A DNA stretch of 64,000 bases, from contig JAOUJT010000001.1 in NCBI GenBank assembly GCA_029883105.1, positions 3,035-67,034 of the forward strand, written 5' to 3'. A model generated the notes under the pieces. That model was not told the origin of the DNA. It worked only from the letters and a program-made list of their open reading frames with translations, and did no database searches. The stretch is from Gammaproteobacteria bacterium (GTDB lineage Bacteria > Pseudomonadota > Gammaproteobacteria > Thiohalospirales > Thiohalospiraceae). The position numbers and the translations under genes were made by a program. Below are positions 17,692-28,800 of the stretch, in pieces; the first letter of the stretch is position 1; every line of letters starts with the position of its first letter.

Positions 17692-18378
17692 ATGCCAGAT
17701 GAAGATGACGATACCAAAATCAAGGATCCCAAGAAAATTGTGGTCGGTGATACTGATGAAGCGACAAAGCTTCTCATCGCCCAACAGATTCAAGATGGGA
17801 TTGCTGAGTCTTTAAAACCTATCAAGGAAAATCTTGATAAGGCGTATAAGGCTAAAGAAGAAGCTGAGGCCCGTGCTCTAGAGCTGGAAAATAAGCAGAA
17901 AGAACGCGAGCTTAAAGATTTGGAAGAAGCAGGAAAGCACAAAGAAGTTTACGAACAACGTCTTGCTGATAAGGAAAAAGAACTGGAAGACACCGCCCAG
18001 ACTATGAAGTCTTTGGCTCAAAAGAACATCGAACTGACGAGAGATATTGAAGTTCGAAATGCTCTGCGAGAGTTTGACTTTAGAAACGCCAATGCTAGTG
18101 ATATGGCATTTCGAGAAGTCATAGGAAGTCTTACACAGAACTCCTCTGGAACATGGGTAGACGGTCAAGGTAGATCTGTCCTGGAAGTTGTTAAAGGTTT
18201 CGTTGATAACGAGACAAATGCTTTTCTTCTTAAACCGAAATCATCATCAGGCTCCGGCACACAACACGGGGACGAAACTCCACCTGCCATTACGAAGACA
18301 GATTCTCTCTTCGGGATGAAGCAGGCGGATGTACTAAAACTAGCCTCTGAGGGTAAACTACCCAGAACGAGGCGCTAA
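17692..18378 (+). CDS. scaffolding protein
   Basis: ATG at 17692 after AGGAAAAGAAAG. Charged, Glu/Lys-rich coiled coil; sits directly upstream of the major capsid gene. Confidence 0.65.
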   Translation: MPDEDDDTKIKDPKKIVVGDTDEATKLLIAQQIQDGIAESLKPIKENLDKAYKAKEEAEARALELENKQKERELKDLEEAGKHKEVYEQRLADKEKELEDTAQTMKSLAQKNIELTRDIEVRNALREFDFRNANASDMAFREVIGSLTQNSSGTWVDGQGRSVLEVVKGFVDNETNAFLLKPKSSSGSGTQHGDETPPAITKTDSLFGMKQADVLKLASEGKLPRTRR

Positions 18379-18393
18379 TAGAGGCAATTTTAA

Positions 18394-19611
18394 ATGCGTA
18401 CTGACATACGAGTTAATGATACTGGTGGTTACACACCTTACGTTCTACAAGAAACTATCGGAGCCTACTCTGACGAGGCATACACCAATGCCCGTAAGTT
18501 ATCAGGAACCGATATCGTCCAGGGCGATCCTGATATCGATACTGATGGTGAGACCTATATTGGTCAAATGCGATGGTTCACCCCATTAAATCCTGTTGTT
18601 AATGTTGCATCTCTGACTGATGCGACCAATGGTACTCCTACCACTTACGGTTCACAGTTCTTGCAATATGTGAAATCGGCTCGTACACACGGTGCTGAGA
18701 AAGTTAACCTTTCAAAGATTGTCACTCAAGACGACGGTCTGGCAAAAGTAGGTCGTGATCTGGGTGAAACTCGTGCACAAGATGAGCATGATGCAATCCT
18801 GGCTATTCTGAAAGGCGTAGCCATCTCTGAGCTTATGTACGGTGCTGCTCAGGCTACCGGCGCTTCAGGTCTTGGTGGTCAGTCATTCTCAAATGACCCT
18901 TCCGATAATGCTTATGGCTTCTATGTCGATTTAGGTGCAAGCAAGGTTGTTACTGATGCAGCTGCTGCTAATATTGGTGCACAACGAGCTGCTGGCTTTC
19001 TGAATGCCTTTGGTCAAGCATATAAGGACCATGAGCCTGAGTACGCATACCTCGTTGCCAGTCCTGCTGTTATGGCTTCACTGCGCTCTGCTAATCTGGT
19101 AGATTCTGATCGTGTCACTGACGGTAATGTTGAGTTCAACACTATCTTCCAGGGCAAGTTCCGATTGATCCAGACTCGTGCTACCCAGTCATTGACTGCA
19201 GCTGAACGAGCAATGTTTGCAGCCACTTCTGTAGCGTCTGAAGGTGTCGATATTGTCGGCACGTTAACTTCGTATATCGTACTGCCTGGTGCTCTTGCAA
19301 TGGAGCCTTTGACTATCGATGAAGACGTTGAGATCGAACGAGCAGCTGCTGCCTACCAAGGTGGTGGTACTACTCAAATATGGTATCGTTGGGGTTACAT
19401 CCTACATCCTGCTGGTTACAACTGGGCAGGTTCTCAGGATGCATTTCCTACCAATGCAAATTACCAGCAAATCACTGACGGAACTACTCCTGTAGCTGTT
19501 GACTCTATCGGTGCTGCTACCGTGAATGGCCTTGACGGCTTCACTGGTGTATGGCAGCGTAAGACAAGCTCAGCTCTGTCTCTGGGTATCCTCCCAGTCT
19601 TCCACTCTTAA
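18394..19611 (+). CDS. major capsid protein
   Basis: 405 aa, positioned after the scaffold gene. Ala/Gly/Thr-rich composition typical of capsid proteins. Family not identified by eye. Confidence 0.75.
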   Translation: MRTDIRVNDTGGYTPYVLQETIGAYSDEAYTNARKLSGTDIVQGDPDIDTDGETYIGQMRWFTPLNPVVNVASLTDATNGTPTTYGSQFLQYVKSARTHGAEKVNLSKIVTQDDGLAKVGRDLGETRAQDEHDAILAILKGVAISELMYGAAQATGASGLGGQSFSNDPSDNAYGFYVDLGASKVVTDAAAANIGAQRAAGFLNAFGQAYKDHEPEYAYLVASPAVMASLRSANLVDSDRVTDGNVEFNTIFQGKFRLIQTRATQSLTAAERAMFAATSVASEGVDIVGTLTSYIVLPGALAMEPLTIDEDVEIERAAAAYQGGGTTQIWYRWGYILHPAGYNWAGSQDAFPTNANYQQITDGTTPVAVDSIGAATVNGLDGFTGVWQRKTSSALSLGILPVFHS

Positions 19612-19632
19612 TCAACCTGGAGAGCATTACTA

Positions 19633-20115
19633 ATGGCTTTAATTAAGAATACAAATGCTTATGTAGACTTAGCTGAAGCCACAGCCTACTTTGCTGATCG
19701 TTTAGACGCCGCTGCATGGGACGACACTGTCGATGCTGAGAGAGAAAAGGCTCTGGTGACTGCCACGATGATGCTTGATAACCTGCGTTGGACAGGACAG
19801 GCTGCTAGTGATGCTCAACTACTTGCTTTCCCTAGGATAGGTGAGTACTTCGATCCTCGTAAAGGGACTTCTGTGACTTTAACGGAAGCGGAGGTCCCCT
19901 TACGAATTATTAAAGGAACCTATGAATTGGCATACCACTTGCTTAATAACGATGGATTGTTAGATGATACAGGAAGTGTCGCCGAGATAGAAGTGGATGG
20001 TGCTGTTAAACTAAAAGGTGTACGAAGTGCTCCTGATATTCCTTCTGTTGTCTACACCACTATAAAACCTTTGTTGGAGAATAGAGGGATTTCTACATGG
20101 TGGAGGGCTAACTAA
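19633..20115 (+). CDS. head-tail adaptor / connector protein
   Basis: Position, plus N-terminal pattern YVDLAEATAYFADRLD..W......EKALVTAT.MLD.L.W.G typical of gp6-like adaptors. Confidence 0.55.
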   Translation: MALIKNTNAYVDLAEATAYFADRLDAAAWDDTVDAEREKALVTATMMLDNLRWTGQAASDAQLLAFPRIGEYFDPRKGTSVTLTEAEVPLRIIKGTYELAYHLLNNDGLLDDTGSVAEIEVDGAVKLKGVRSAPDIPSVVYTTIKPLLENRGISTWWRAN

Positions 20116-20471
20116 TGAGCTACGCTGGATTAATCCGTAAGAGTGTAGACATGGCCTTTCAGTTATCAAGTGATATTCCTTCTACTGTCACCTTCACAAA
20201 AACTGCTGTGAGTGGTTTTGACTTTAATACAAAGGAAAAAATAGAGGGAGTTCCTGTAGTCAGCCCAATTGAGGCGTTTATTGTAGCCTCGAAAAAGAAG
20301 TCAAAGAAACGAAATACTATGCAGAAGCGGCTGATTATGAAAGCTGCTGATCTTGAGAGTGGAGTTTCCTTTTATGACTATGTAATGATTGATGGTCTCA
20401 AATGGTCCATCGGTCCTCCGATTGCAATCAATGAGGCTGTGATCTCAATAGAAGTATTTAGAGAGGTGTAA
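20115..20471 (+). CDS. neck / head-closure protein (positional)
   Basis: 118-aa ORF with ATGA-type overlap with the previous gene. Confidence 0.4.
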   Translation: MSYAGLIRKSVDMAFQLSSDIPSTVTFTKTAVSGFDFNTKEKIEGVPVVSPIEAFIVASKKKSKKRNTMQKRLIMKAADLESGVSFYDYVMIDGLKWSIGPPIAINEAVISIEVFREV

Positions 20472-20472
20472 G

Positions 20473-20868
20473 ATGTATACGGACATCGAAAGTGATATTT
20501 TCTCAGTATTTGGAGATGCTGCTTGGAGTGCTGAATCAGTCTCGACTTATCCCTCAAATTTTATCCCTGAAAACCCTGGAAGCGAGTTTCTCCGAGTTAC
20601 GATTCTATCGGCTGCTAGAGATATGCGTTCAGCATCCGGTCAATTGATTATCGACATATTTACCCCCGCAGGTGAAGGCCAATCACGAGCTATCGCTATT
20701 GCGGATATTCTGGATCGATTTTTTAGAAACAAGTCTTTAAAGACTGGCTTGGGTACTACTCAGTTCTTTCTCAGTAGTATTGTCCCCGCTGGTCCTGATA
20801 TGGACAACCCTTCTTTATATCGCTCCAACTATTCAATTTCGTTTAATTACTTTGGAGTTCAACAATGA
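20473..20868 (+). CDS. tail terminator-like protein (positional)
   Basis: 131 aa, immediately upstream of the tail tube gene. Pattern ...W......YPSNF.PE......FLRVTIL resembles gpU/DUF4128-type proteins. Confidence 0.45.
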   Translation: MYTDIESDIFSVFGDAAWSAESVSTYPSNFIPENPGSEFLRVTILSAARDMRSASGQLIIDIFTPAGEGQSRAIAIADILDRFFRNKSLKTGLGTTQFFLSSIVPAGPDMDNPSLYRSNYSISFNYFGVQQ

Positions 20869-21446
20869 GTCACATTTCCTCAATTGGCGCAGGTATGTTT
20901 TCAGACCTCGCTATTTGCCGCGACACTACTGAAGTCGCTGCTGCCATCGCCAACCCTTCAGAAGCAAACTTTAAAGCCTGTTTTGCAACTGAGCTAGCTA
21001 ACGGTTCTCCTGTCACGGTAGCTGCTGGTGAATTTACGCGTATCAAAAATATTCGTGAATTTCCTGCAATGGGTACTCCTCCGAATGTTGTCAATGTACC
21101 GGTTTACGGTCAGAAGACTTCTTCGCAGATTCAGGGTCAGTCTGATGCTCCTTCAATGGAAATTCAGATGAACTATGTAGGTACTGAATGGCAGGATGCT
21201 GCTGATTACCTAGGTAGCCTGGTCGGTGACGGTCTGCAATATGTATTCCGATTTGCCTTGTTAAATGCCGAGCCTGAGTCTGGCTTTGCATCTGCTGTTG
21301 GTGAATTGGGTGCTGTTGAGAACAGCCAGTATTTCTGGATTGGTAAAATGGAAGCTATCCAAGTCAATCCTCAGCTGACTGATTCAAATACCGCCACTGT
21401 CACAATTACAGTTCAATCTGATTTCTATGGTGCTTTCACCAGCTAA
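20865..21446 (+). CDS. major tail (tube) protein
   Basis: 193 aa. Positioned upstream of the chaperone pair and tape measure, and followed by a strong terminator as expected for a highly expressed gene. Confidence 0.65.
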   Translation: MSHISSIGAGMFSDLAICRDTTEVAAAIANPSEANFKACFATELANGSPVTVAAGEFTRIKNIREFPAMGTPPNVVNVPVYGQKTSSQIQGQSDAPSMEIQMNYVGTEWQDAADYLGSLVGDGLQYVFRFALLNAEPESGFASAVGELGAVENSQYFWIGKMEAIQVNPQLTDSNTATVTITVQSDFYGAFTS

Positions 21447-21455
21447 TCAGCCATA

Positions 21456-21483
21456 GGGGATATCTTCGGGTATCCCCTTTTAT
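21456..21483 (+). terminator. rho-independent terminator
   Basis: GGGGATA-TCTTCGGG-TATCCCC followed by TTTTATT. Confidence 0.8.
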
Positions 21484-21499
21484 TAACCATACCAGAGCC

Positions 21500-21730
21500 A
21501 TGACCGACGATTATAAAAAGCCATTCGACAAATCATATGTGTTGAGAGTAACAGCAATGCATATGCTGGAAAGTATTGACATCAGTATCGGAAAGACCTT
21601 CGAAAGGGTCAAAGATTTTGATGGAGATATCGAAAAATCACGGGAAGTGTTTGAAACATTATCTGACTTACATGAAGTCCGTAGACAAGTTTTAACCTTC
21701 CAAAATTCAAATCTAAAAGCAGGAAATTAA
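21500..21730 (+). CDS. hypothetical protein
   Basis: 76-aa ORF between the tube and chaperone genes. Confidence 0.5.
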   Translation: MTDDYKKPFDKSYVLRVTAMHMLESIDISIGKTFERVKDFDGDIEKSREVFETLSDLHEVRRQVLTFQNSNLKAGN

Positions 21731-21731
21731 T

Positions 21732-22130
21732 ATGTCAGACACACCAGTAGCCGCTGTGCCGGTACAATCAAATGTTTTCAAGAAATTGCTTGGAAAACGA
21801 ATTACATCATCTCATAAATTCATGGGCGAGAATGTCACCATTCAGAAACTTTCTGTTGCAGAAGTGATGTCTATCCAGGAATCAGCTACAAAAGCTCAAG
21901 CGCTTGCGGATGATGCAAAGAACAAACAAACGATGGGCCAGGAAGTTACAGTAGATGATAAAGAGGGTTTTAACTCACTCAAGAATGTCATCCGTATGGG
22001 TGCCCCTGAATCAACAGGTCTCGATGATGAGGATTTCAACCAGTTTCCTTTGGAAGAGTTGATTTCATTATCACAGGCAATCATGAAGTTCTCCGGTATC
22101 GATCCTTCTAAAGAGGGAAACGAGAGCTAA
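21732..22130 (+). CDS. tail assembly chaperone (gpG analogue)
   Basis: 132 aa, positioned before the tape measure. Contains a slippery heptamer near its 3' end. Confidence 0.75.
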   Translation: MSDTPVAAVPVQSNVFKKLLGKRITSSHKFMGENVTIQKLSVAEVMSIQESATKAQALADDAKNKQTMGQEVTVDDKEGFNSLKNVIRMGAPESTGLDDEDFNQFPLEELISLSQAIMKFSGIDPSKEGNES

Positions 22131-22471
22131 CACCTGAAGAGTTCGTTCTTTATGAACTTGCTTACAATCTCGGGATGACAGCACACCAGGTGGTGTATGA
22201 AATGTCAAACGAGGAATTTACAAAATGGATGGCTTACTTTGAGAAGCGTCCTATTGGTTGGCGTGAAGATCAGCGAACCTACCAAATAATGGCGTCTTTC
22301 GGTACAAAAGAAAAGCCTGAAAATTTATTCGAATCTCTCAGGAAAATGAGAACAGCTGCCACCCCTGCTGTTGAAGATGGGAAACTTAATGTGGCATCTT
22401 TTAAAGGAAGCTTGATGTTTTCTAAGATGATGTCAGCAAAAGGTGGAGACAAAATAGCTTATGATAATTAA
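21732..22471 (+). CDS. tail assembly chaperone -1 frameshift product (gpGT analogue, about 246 aa)
   Basis: The -1 frame is open from 22112 through the 22175-22471 ORF. The slip at G_GGA_AAC joins the two ORFs. Confidence 0.7.
22115..22121 (+). promoter_or_regulatory. programmed -1 ribosomal frameshift slippery site G_GGA_AAC
   Basis: X_XXY_YYZ heptamer in the zero frame (GAG GGA AAC), 7 nt before the gpG-analogue stop. Lambda G/GT uses G_GGA_AAG. Confidence 0.75.
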
Positions 22472-22772
22472 AGTGTCAGGCGTATCGGAAACAATCCGAG
22501 ATATACGTCAACAAATGAAAAGAGAAGCGGAAAGAGAGAAGAGGAAAGTCCTCAAAGCTCTTCTCCAAGACATTAAAGAAGAGAACCCTGTAGATACTGG
22601 TAAGTCACGAAACGGCTGGTATATACTAGGGAACTCTATACGAAACGATGTTGACTATGTCGAAGTCTTAAATAATGGTACAAGTACTCGCGAAGGTAGT
22701 CGTTTTGTGGAAAAAGCAGTTTTGAAAAACAGAAAAGTACGCCCTAGCGGTATTATTGTTAGAACTAAATAA
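22461..22772 (+). CDS. HK97 gp10-like tail/neck component
   Basis: Pattern ...IKEENPVDTGKSRNGWY... resembles the P.DTG.L...W motif of the gp10 family. Located unusually, between the chaperones and the tape measure. Confidence 0.4.
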   Translation: MIIKVSGVSETIRDIRQQMKREAEREKRKVLKALLQDIKEENPVDTGKSRNGWYILGNSIRNDVDYVEVLNNGTSTREGSRFVEKAVLKNRKVRPSGIIVRTK

Positions 22773-22778
22773 AGACAC

Positions 22779-22806
22779 AGCCCCACACAGCGTGGGGCTT
22801 TATTTT
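22779..22806 (+). terminator. rho-independent terminator
   Basis: AGCCCCA-CACAGCG-TGGGGCT followed by TTATTTT. Confidence 0.8.
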
Positions 22807-22823
22807 AAACAGGAGACTTAGGT

Positions 22824-25800
22824 ATGTCAGGTGTTATAGTTGATGTAGATGCCAGAACAGAGAAGGCTGAACGCGACTTACAACAGATAAATAAATCTCT
22901 TAGAGGTATAGAGACTTCAGCAAGTAATGCTGGTAAGACCATTTCACGTGCGTTCGTTGGAATAGGTGCAGCCCTTACAGCTCATTTCTCAGTTTCACAA
23001 GTCAGTGGTATCTCAACCGAATTTACAAATCTGTCCAATCAAATAGCAGTTGTGACAGGTAGAACGCGAGAACTAAACAAGGTCCAGTCCGAGTTGTTCA
23101 ACATTGCTGAGAACACTCGTGCCTCGATCTCTAACACAGTATCTACCTTTGGTAGCCTAGGACGCTCACTGCGAGGTGTTGAATCGTCTAATACTAAAAT
23201 ACTGACGGTTACAAAGGCTATTCAACAAGCAACTGCCCTATCAGGTGCCTCTTCTGAATCCGCGAAAGCTGCCATTGTCCAGTTAGGACAGGGTCTCGCT
23301 GCAGGTGCTCTGAGAGGTCAAGAACTCATGTCTGTCATGGAACAGTTGCCACGTGCTGCTATAGCGATAGCCGACGGATTGGAGGTGCCTCTGGGTGCTC
23401 TGCGCAAGCTGGGCGAGTCCGGTAAATTGACGAGTGAACAAGTTTTTAATGCACTACTTCAACAGTCTGAGAAGATAGGCCAGGAATTCAAAAGCTTAGC
23501 ACCTACTGTTCAGCAGTCAAAGAACCTTCTCACAGACAGCTTAAAAATCTATATAAGTGAGCTTGACAGGGGTATGGGTCTTTCCGATCGAATGGGCAGT
23601 TCCTTGCAAGGGTGGAGTAAAAAGATCAGAGAGGCATCTAAGGGCGCGTATGATCTCGGGAATAGAATTGCGTATAACTTGACTATCTTCAAGCGAGAAA
23701 TCAAACAGTTTGTAGGCCCTTTCGCTAATATAGGTATTGCTATCGCAAAGCAATTTAAGAAGGCCCTCCCGAAGGCGTTTCTGACACTTACATTTGAAGC
23801 GATGTATAGAGATGTCATTCGAGACCTCGATAAGTTTACAGGGGGCTATATAAGTGCTTGGAAACGTTTCAAATTCATCGATATAATAAAGATTGAGAGT
23901 GATGTTGAAATAGCGATAAGAACCCTGAAAAGACTCCATCCTAAATATTGGGCTGCAGGAGGTTTTGATGTACTGTCTCTGAAACATTTCTTTAGCGCCG
24001 AGAATTTAAATCTGTATCTACGTGCCTTACAATCACTTGCTGACGCTATTGAGAGTAACATACGTTCAGCTGCATCAGTTTTTAAGTCTCTTGCCATCAA
24101 CATCAGGTTCGGAACAGAAGCAATGTTGAGGTTTGTAGGCATCATACCCGAATCTCTTGTCATGTTTCGAGTAGGACATTTAAAGCCTTTTCTGAAGACT
24201 GTTATTGAAATTGCACGTGCCATCACAGGTACATCTCTCGAATTCTATAGAGTAGGGCGCTTAATATCGGAAGGTCTGTTTCCAGACATCATCAGTGTCT
24301 TTAGAGCTATGGGCGATATTATGCAGCAACTGTTTGGACGTATTACAAGCAGTTCTCGTCTAGCGAAGGCGATAGGTTACATCAAGACTTTCGCTGACTC
24401 TGTGATGAGGCTCTTTGAGAAAGTCTATATGAGCGTTGTCGGGGGCTCCACATGGACAGATACGATGAAAGGAATTTATGAGAAAGCTCGCTCATTTCTA
24501 GGTAAGACGCGAAAGGCCCTAGCATCTTTCGGAGAGTTTGTAATGACGCAGTTTAAGAAACTTGCTGATAAAAACCTCTGGTCAAAAGTAGGCATAGCAA
24601 TTCATACAGCTATCTTTTCAATAATCCCAGTAGCTGCATGGATTATTAGGAGTGTTATTGATATTGTGACAACATCGATTGTTGCCTCATTAGGAATGAT
24701 AGGATATCTATGGGCTAAAACTTTTAACAGCCTTGCAGAAGTTGCTCCTAAGTCTATCGCTAAAATGATACGTCGTGTAAGAGATTTTGGTCTTGAGCTA
24801 ACTGTGTTATTCGCAGGTGTTGTTATTGCAGTAGGACGTCTTCTTAAGGCTCTTCTCTGGGTTGTAGCTGCTCTAGGTAAACTCTTCGTAATGGGTGCTG
24901 TTTTCTCATTTCATGCTCTTATCTATGAAATCTCACGACTGACAGAGTACCTCCGAGGGGATGCTGTACATGATATCATTGATTTTGGTAAAAAGGTTAT
25001 TGACGTCTTCGCTGAAATCTATGACAAAGTTATAGGTAACTCGTATTGGACTGATCTGATTGAGAATATTGTCAATACTTCAAACAGTCTCTGGGACTCT
25101 GTAAAAGGAGGCTTTTTCAAGTTCTACAATAACATTGTCAGTCTTTTTAAGTCCCTCAATAAAAGAGCTTCACTTCCAACATTCGAATTTAAAAGTTCCG
25201 TCAGTATTCCATTCATCGAGGATAAAAGTCTTCTTACACGAATGAAAGATAGAATACTTGAAATGTACGCTGATGTTGCAGAAAGGTTTCCTACGATGAT
25301 AACAGGTGCCGTTCTCGCCGTCGCCGGTATCGCTGTCTCACTTTTATTTCCAGCAGGTGAGATAAAGAAAGCATTACTGAGCGGTATCTTTCTTGCCCTT
25401 ATAAAGGCCGGTACCTTGATCGCTAGCGCGTTAGGCAAGGGTGTACTAGATGTTAACTTTGTAACGTCGCTGGCCAGGTCTGCAGGTAACGCTGTGGGTA
25501 ACTTCATTGGAGGCATTCTTAGAGACCTCCCTGCTACATTTGACCTCTTGTTAGGCGCTGCCATTAACTTCATCCGTGGTGTCTTTGAAGCAGTCCTTAC
25601 ACAAATTCCAATTTTAGGAACCGCTATTAAGGGTATCTTTGGTATCTTAGATGCAACAGGGACTTCAGGAGTAGCTGGTGTCATAGGGACATTGTTTCTA
25701 GGAAAATATATTGCAAACGTTCTTGGATTCTTTGGCCTCTTTACAACACCTATGGCAAAGATGAAAGGGATCATGGGTAAACTATATACCGTTGTCTCGG

Positions 25801-28800
25801 GTAAAGGGGGAGTTCTTTCCCAGTTGGTCTTCGGTAGACTAGGACCAACAGCTGGTATCGCAATGGTCTTAGGTGTCTTGGATATATTAGGAGCCTTTGA
25901 TACATTATTTGAAGACTCCCCTTTGTTCCACTTAGCAGCACAGGGCGGTATCGTGGCTCTCATGTTAGGAGGTAATGGAGCAATCCAGTATGCGAAAAAC
26001 TTTGCGATTGATAAAATCTTATCACCTATAGGTGACGCACTTCGTAGAGGGGCGATCAATATGGGGTTTGGTCAAATCCTTGCGAATGCGATGGTTACAG
26101 GCCAGGAAGGGTTTGTTGCCTCTACTCTTGCCTTTGTGACATCAGCGATTCAATCAGTAGGTTCCCGAATTGTAAGTTTTGTAGCACCTCTCGCTAGTAA
26201 AACATACGACTATTTACAGATACTGCTGTTAGGTCCTGATCCTGCTGCGACTATCGCAAAAATGAAATTATACCTTATCGCAGCAATGGATTCAGGGAAA
26301 GCACTCTTGAGTGGGATTGGTGCCTTCTTATCGCCTCTATTAGCTAGTATGGGTTCTTTCTTTAAAGGATTAGGAGCACAAGTCTCTGGTTTGTTTTCCC
26401 AAGTGCAGACCGCCAGTGTGAGAGCAGCTTCCACAGCAACAAGTGTCGGTGGTCGTAACGGAATCTTTGGGAGAGTGATCTTCGGAGCTGCCGGTAGAAC
26501 AGGTCTTGTCCTGGCCATCATTGCACTCTTGACACTTTTCAGCTCTTCAGCAAGTGCTGCTGATAAAGAAATTACAAACTTAGCAGGCAATAACCGTATT
26601 GGTCAGGCAGCTTCCTCCTTGAAGCAAGATTGGGAAGATATCCGCGACAACAATCCTCTGGCAGCTGCAGGTATTACAGCTCTAGGTGTGTTTACCACAC
26701 TAGGTGTCTTCCTCGCGTATAAATTTAGACGTGATGTACTGACCTCTATGTTGAGTGCTTTTAACCCTAAAATTGCTTACAACTTCGGCTTTTCAAGTCT
26801 TAAAACAATCGCTAAAATCAAGTCGGCGATGCTGTCCTTGGGCCGTGTTATTGCAACATCTTTTGTTGCTTTTGAAGCAGGTTCTGCTATAGGTGAAGCT
26901 TTTGGAGGAGAAGAAGGAAGTATGATTGGGGGTACCATAGGTGTCCTCATCGCTGAAGGCCTGATACGAGCCTTTGGAGGCACTTTCAAGAAGATCTTTT
27001 CATGGCGGTTAATATGGCCGATTATCACAGGAGCTTTTGCATTTATAGGTAAAGCACTGATAGGTCTTATCTTCTCTAAAATCGCAGCTGTTGTTTCTAT
27101 TGTAGGTATTTTGGGTCTGCTCCTATTCGGAAAGAAAGGAGAGTTCTGGAATGATATTGGAAAGGCAATTCAATGGGTCAAAGAATTAATAGGGCTCAGT
27201 ACAGAGGCTTCTAGAATAGATTCAAAGTCAGGGATTTCAAATGAAGCTCTTGGATTTGCAAACCTCAATCAGATAGATGTCGCTCATTCTTTAGAAGGTA
27301 TCGACTTTGATAAGATAAGTGACCGTCAGACTGAACGACTGGAAGCAAAGCTTAATGAGGTGAATGATGCAATTCTAGAAGCACAAGAGGAAGCTTCATT
27401 TACAAAGGATGGTAAGATTGTTGAAGATACAAAGAAATCTCTTGAGATACTCCTAAAGGGTACAAAGAACTATGTCGACAAACTAACAAGCCAGAGCCTT
27501 CCTAGCTATGATGAAATAGGTGCTGCCTTAGACTCTTTTAAGTTTACAAAGGAAGCAACCCTCTTCGATTCCATCCTCTTAAATTATCGCCAGGGAGCCT
27601 TAGATGTTCTCTATGGCTTAAAAGATGTCGCTATTTCTCTGAAGGGATTACCTGATGATATAGAGAAGCGTGAACGAGCAATTCTTGCAGACTCAAAGCT
27701 CACCAAGTTCAACGCTCGATTCGTTGATGATGATCCAATTCTGAATAGCATTATCAAGGCTCAGAAAGATTTCGGTGAACCAGGTAAAGATGCAAACATC
27801 ACATCTGAAGAAGAACAGAAGTTAGTCGATCTCACAGCAGCATATATACGTAATTTGAAGATTGCTTCAGAAGAACGCATAGGACTGTTTGGGAACCGAC
27901 AGGCATTCAATGTCGAGGCAGATAGTTATAAACAGATGGCCGAAAGCGCTGCTGTTTTAAACTCAGAATTCGCGAAGTTAAAGCGTCTCTCAGATCGCCG
28001 CAATGAAGTAGAAGCCTTCAATAAAGATATCAAGCAGATCAGCAATAATCTCTCACTTATTGGGATTAATATAAAGACCTCTGAACTATTTGCCGAGGAC
28101 TCTGATGCTCTAGACCGTGTACGTATATTAGGGCAGACCGCTCGAGATGTGACAGAGAATCTAAAGAATCTTGCAAGTGTTGAAGAGATGAGAGAATACC
28201 TTATCACACTTTCTAGTGTAAAGAAAGAGCTAGGGGAAATCAAAGAGCGAGCTGAGAATGCAGGTAAGTCAATGCAGACCATTGCTTTACAAAGTCTTGA
28301 GGGTCTAGGCGATAGTCTTTTCTCAGAGGAAACTGTTAGACGTCTTCCTGAAACACTTTCAAAGGCTATTACCGAGCTATCGCGTGAGTATAAGGATAAC
28401 AGTGGATTTCTAGATCTTGAGTTCAGACCGGATGCCGTGAGTACTGCTAAGTTCAGACGAGACACTGAGCTGAAGATGCTCAATCTGAAGAAGTCTATAC
28501 ATGAAATAATGTTAGACCCTTCAAATATAGGTGGTGCCAAAGAGCTTGCCGAAGGTTTGGGTCTTGACTTTGATTCGTTACTCAAGCACAAAGGTATTCC
28601 AGGCATTGTAGACGCTTTGTCAGACGTCCTTGCTCTGCAACACGATATCGATCTTTCAAAACTATTAGGTGATGGTGAAAAATATCGAGACGCCTCTCTA
28701 GCTCTGAAGAAATATATGGAGCTACTGACTAAGGCTCCTCAGACATTAGATACACTCTTGAGCGATTTTAGCACATTGGGTGGTGATCTTAGTGTGGGTG

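Noticed and set aside
25124-26059. 311-aa minus-strand ORF, together with the other minus-strand ORFs listed in the track (e.g. 27926-28606, 23541-23987, 51996-52457, 3528-3875, 6316-6654, 37429-37794).
   Set aside because: Each lies entirely inside a longer + strand gene with recognisable motifs. None has a ribosome-binding site or an intergenic gap. Their compositions (Pro/Ser/Ile/Arg-rich) are typical of antisense frames of Gly/Ala/Glu-rich genes.
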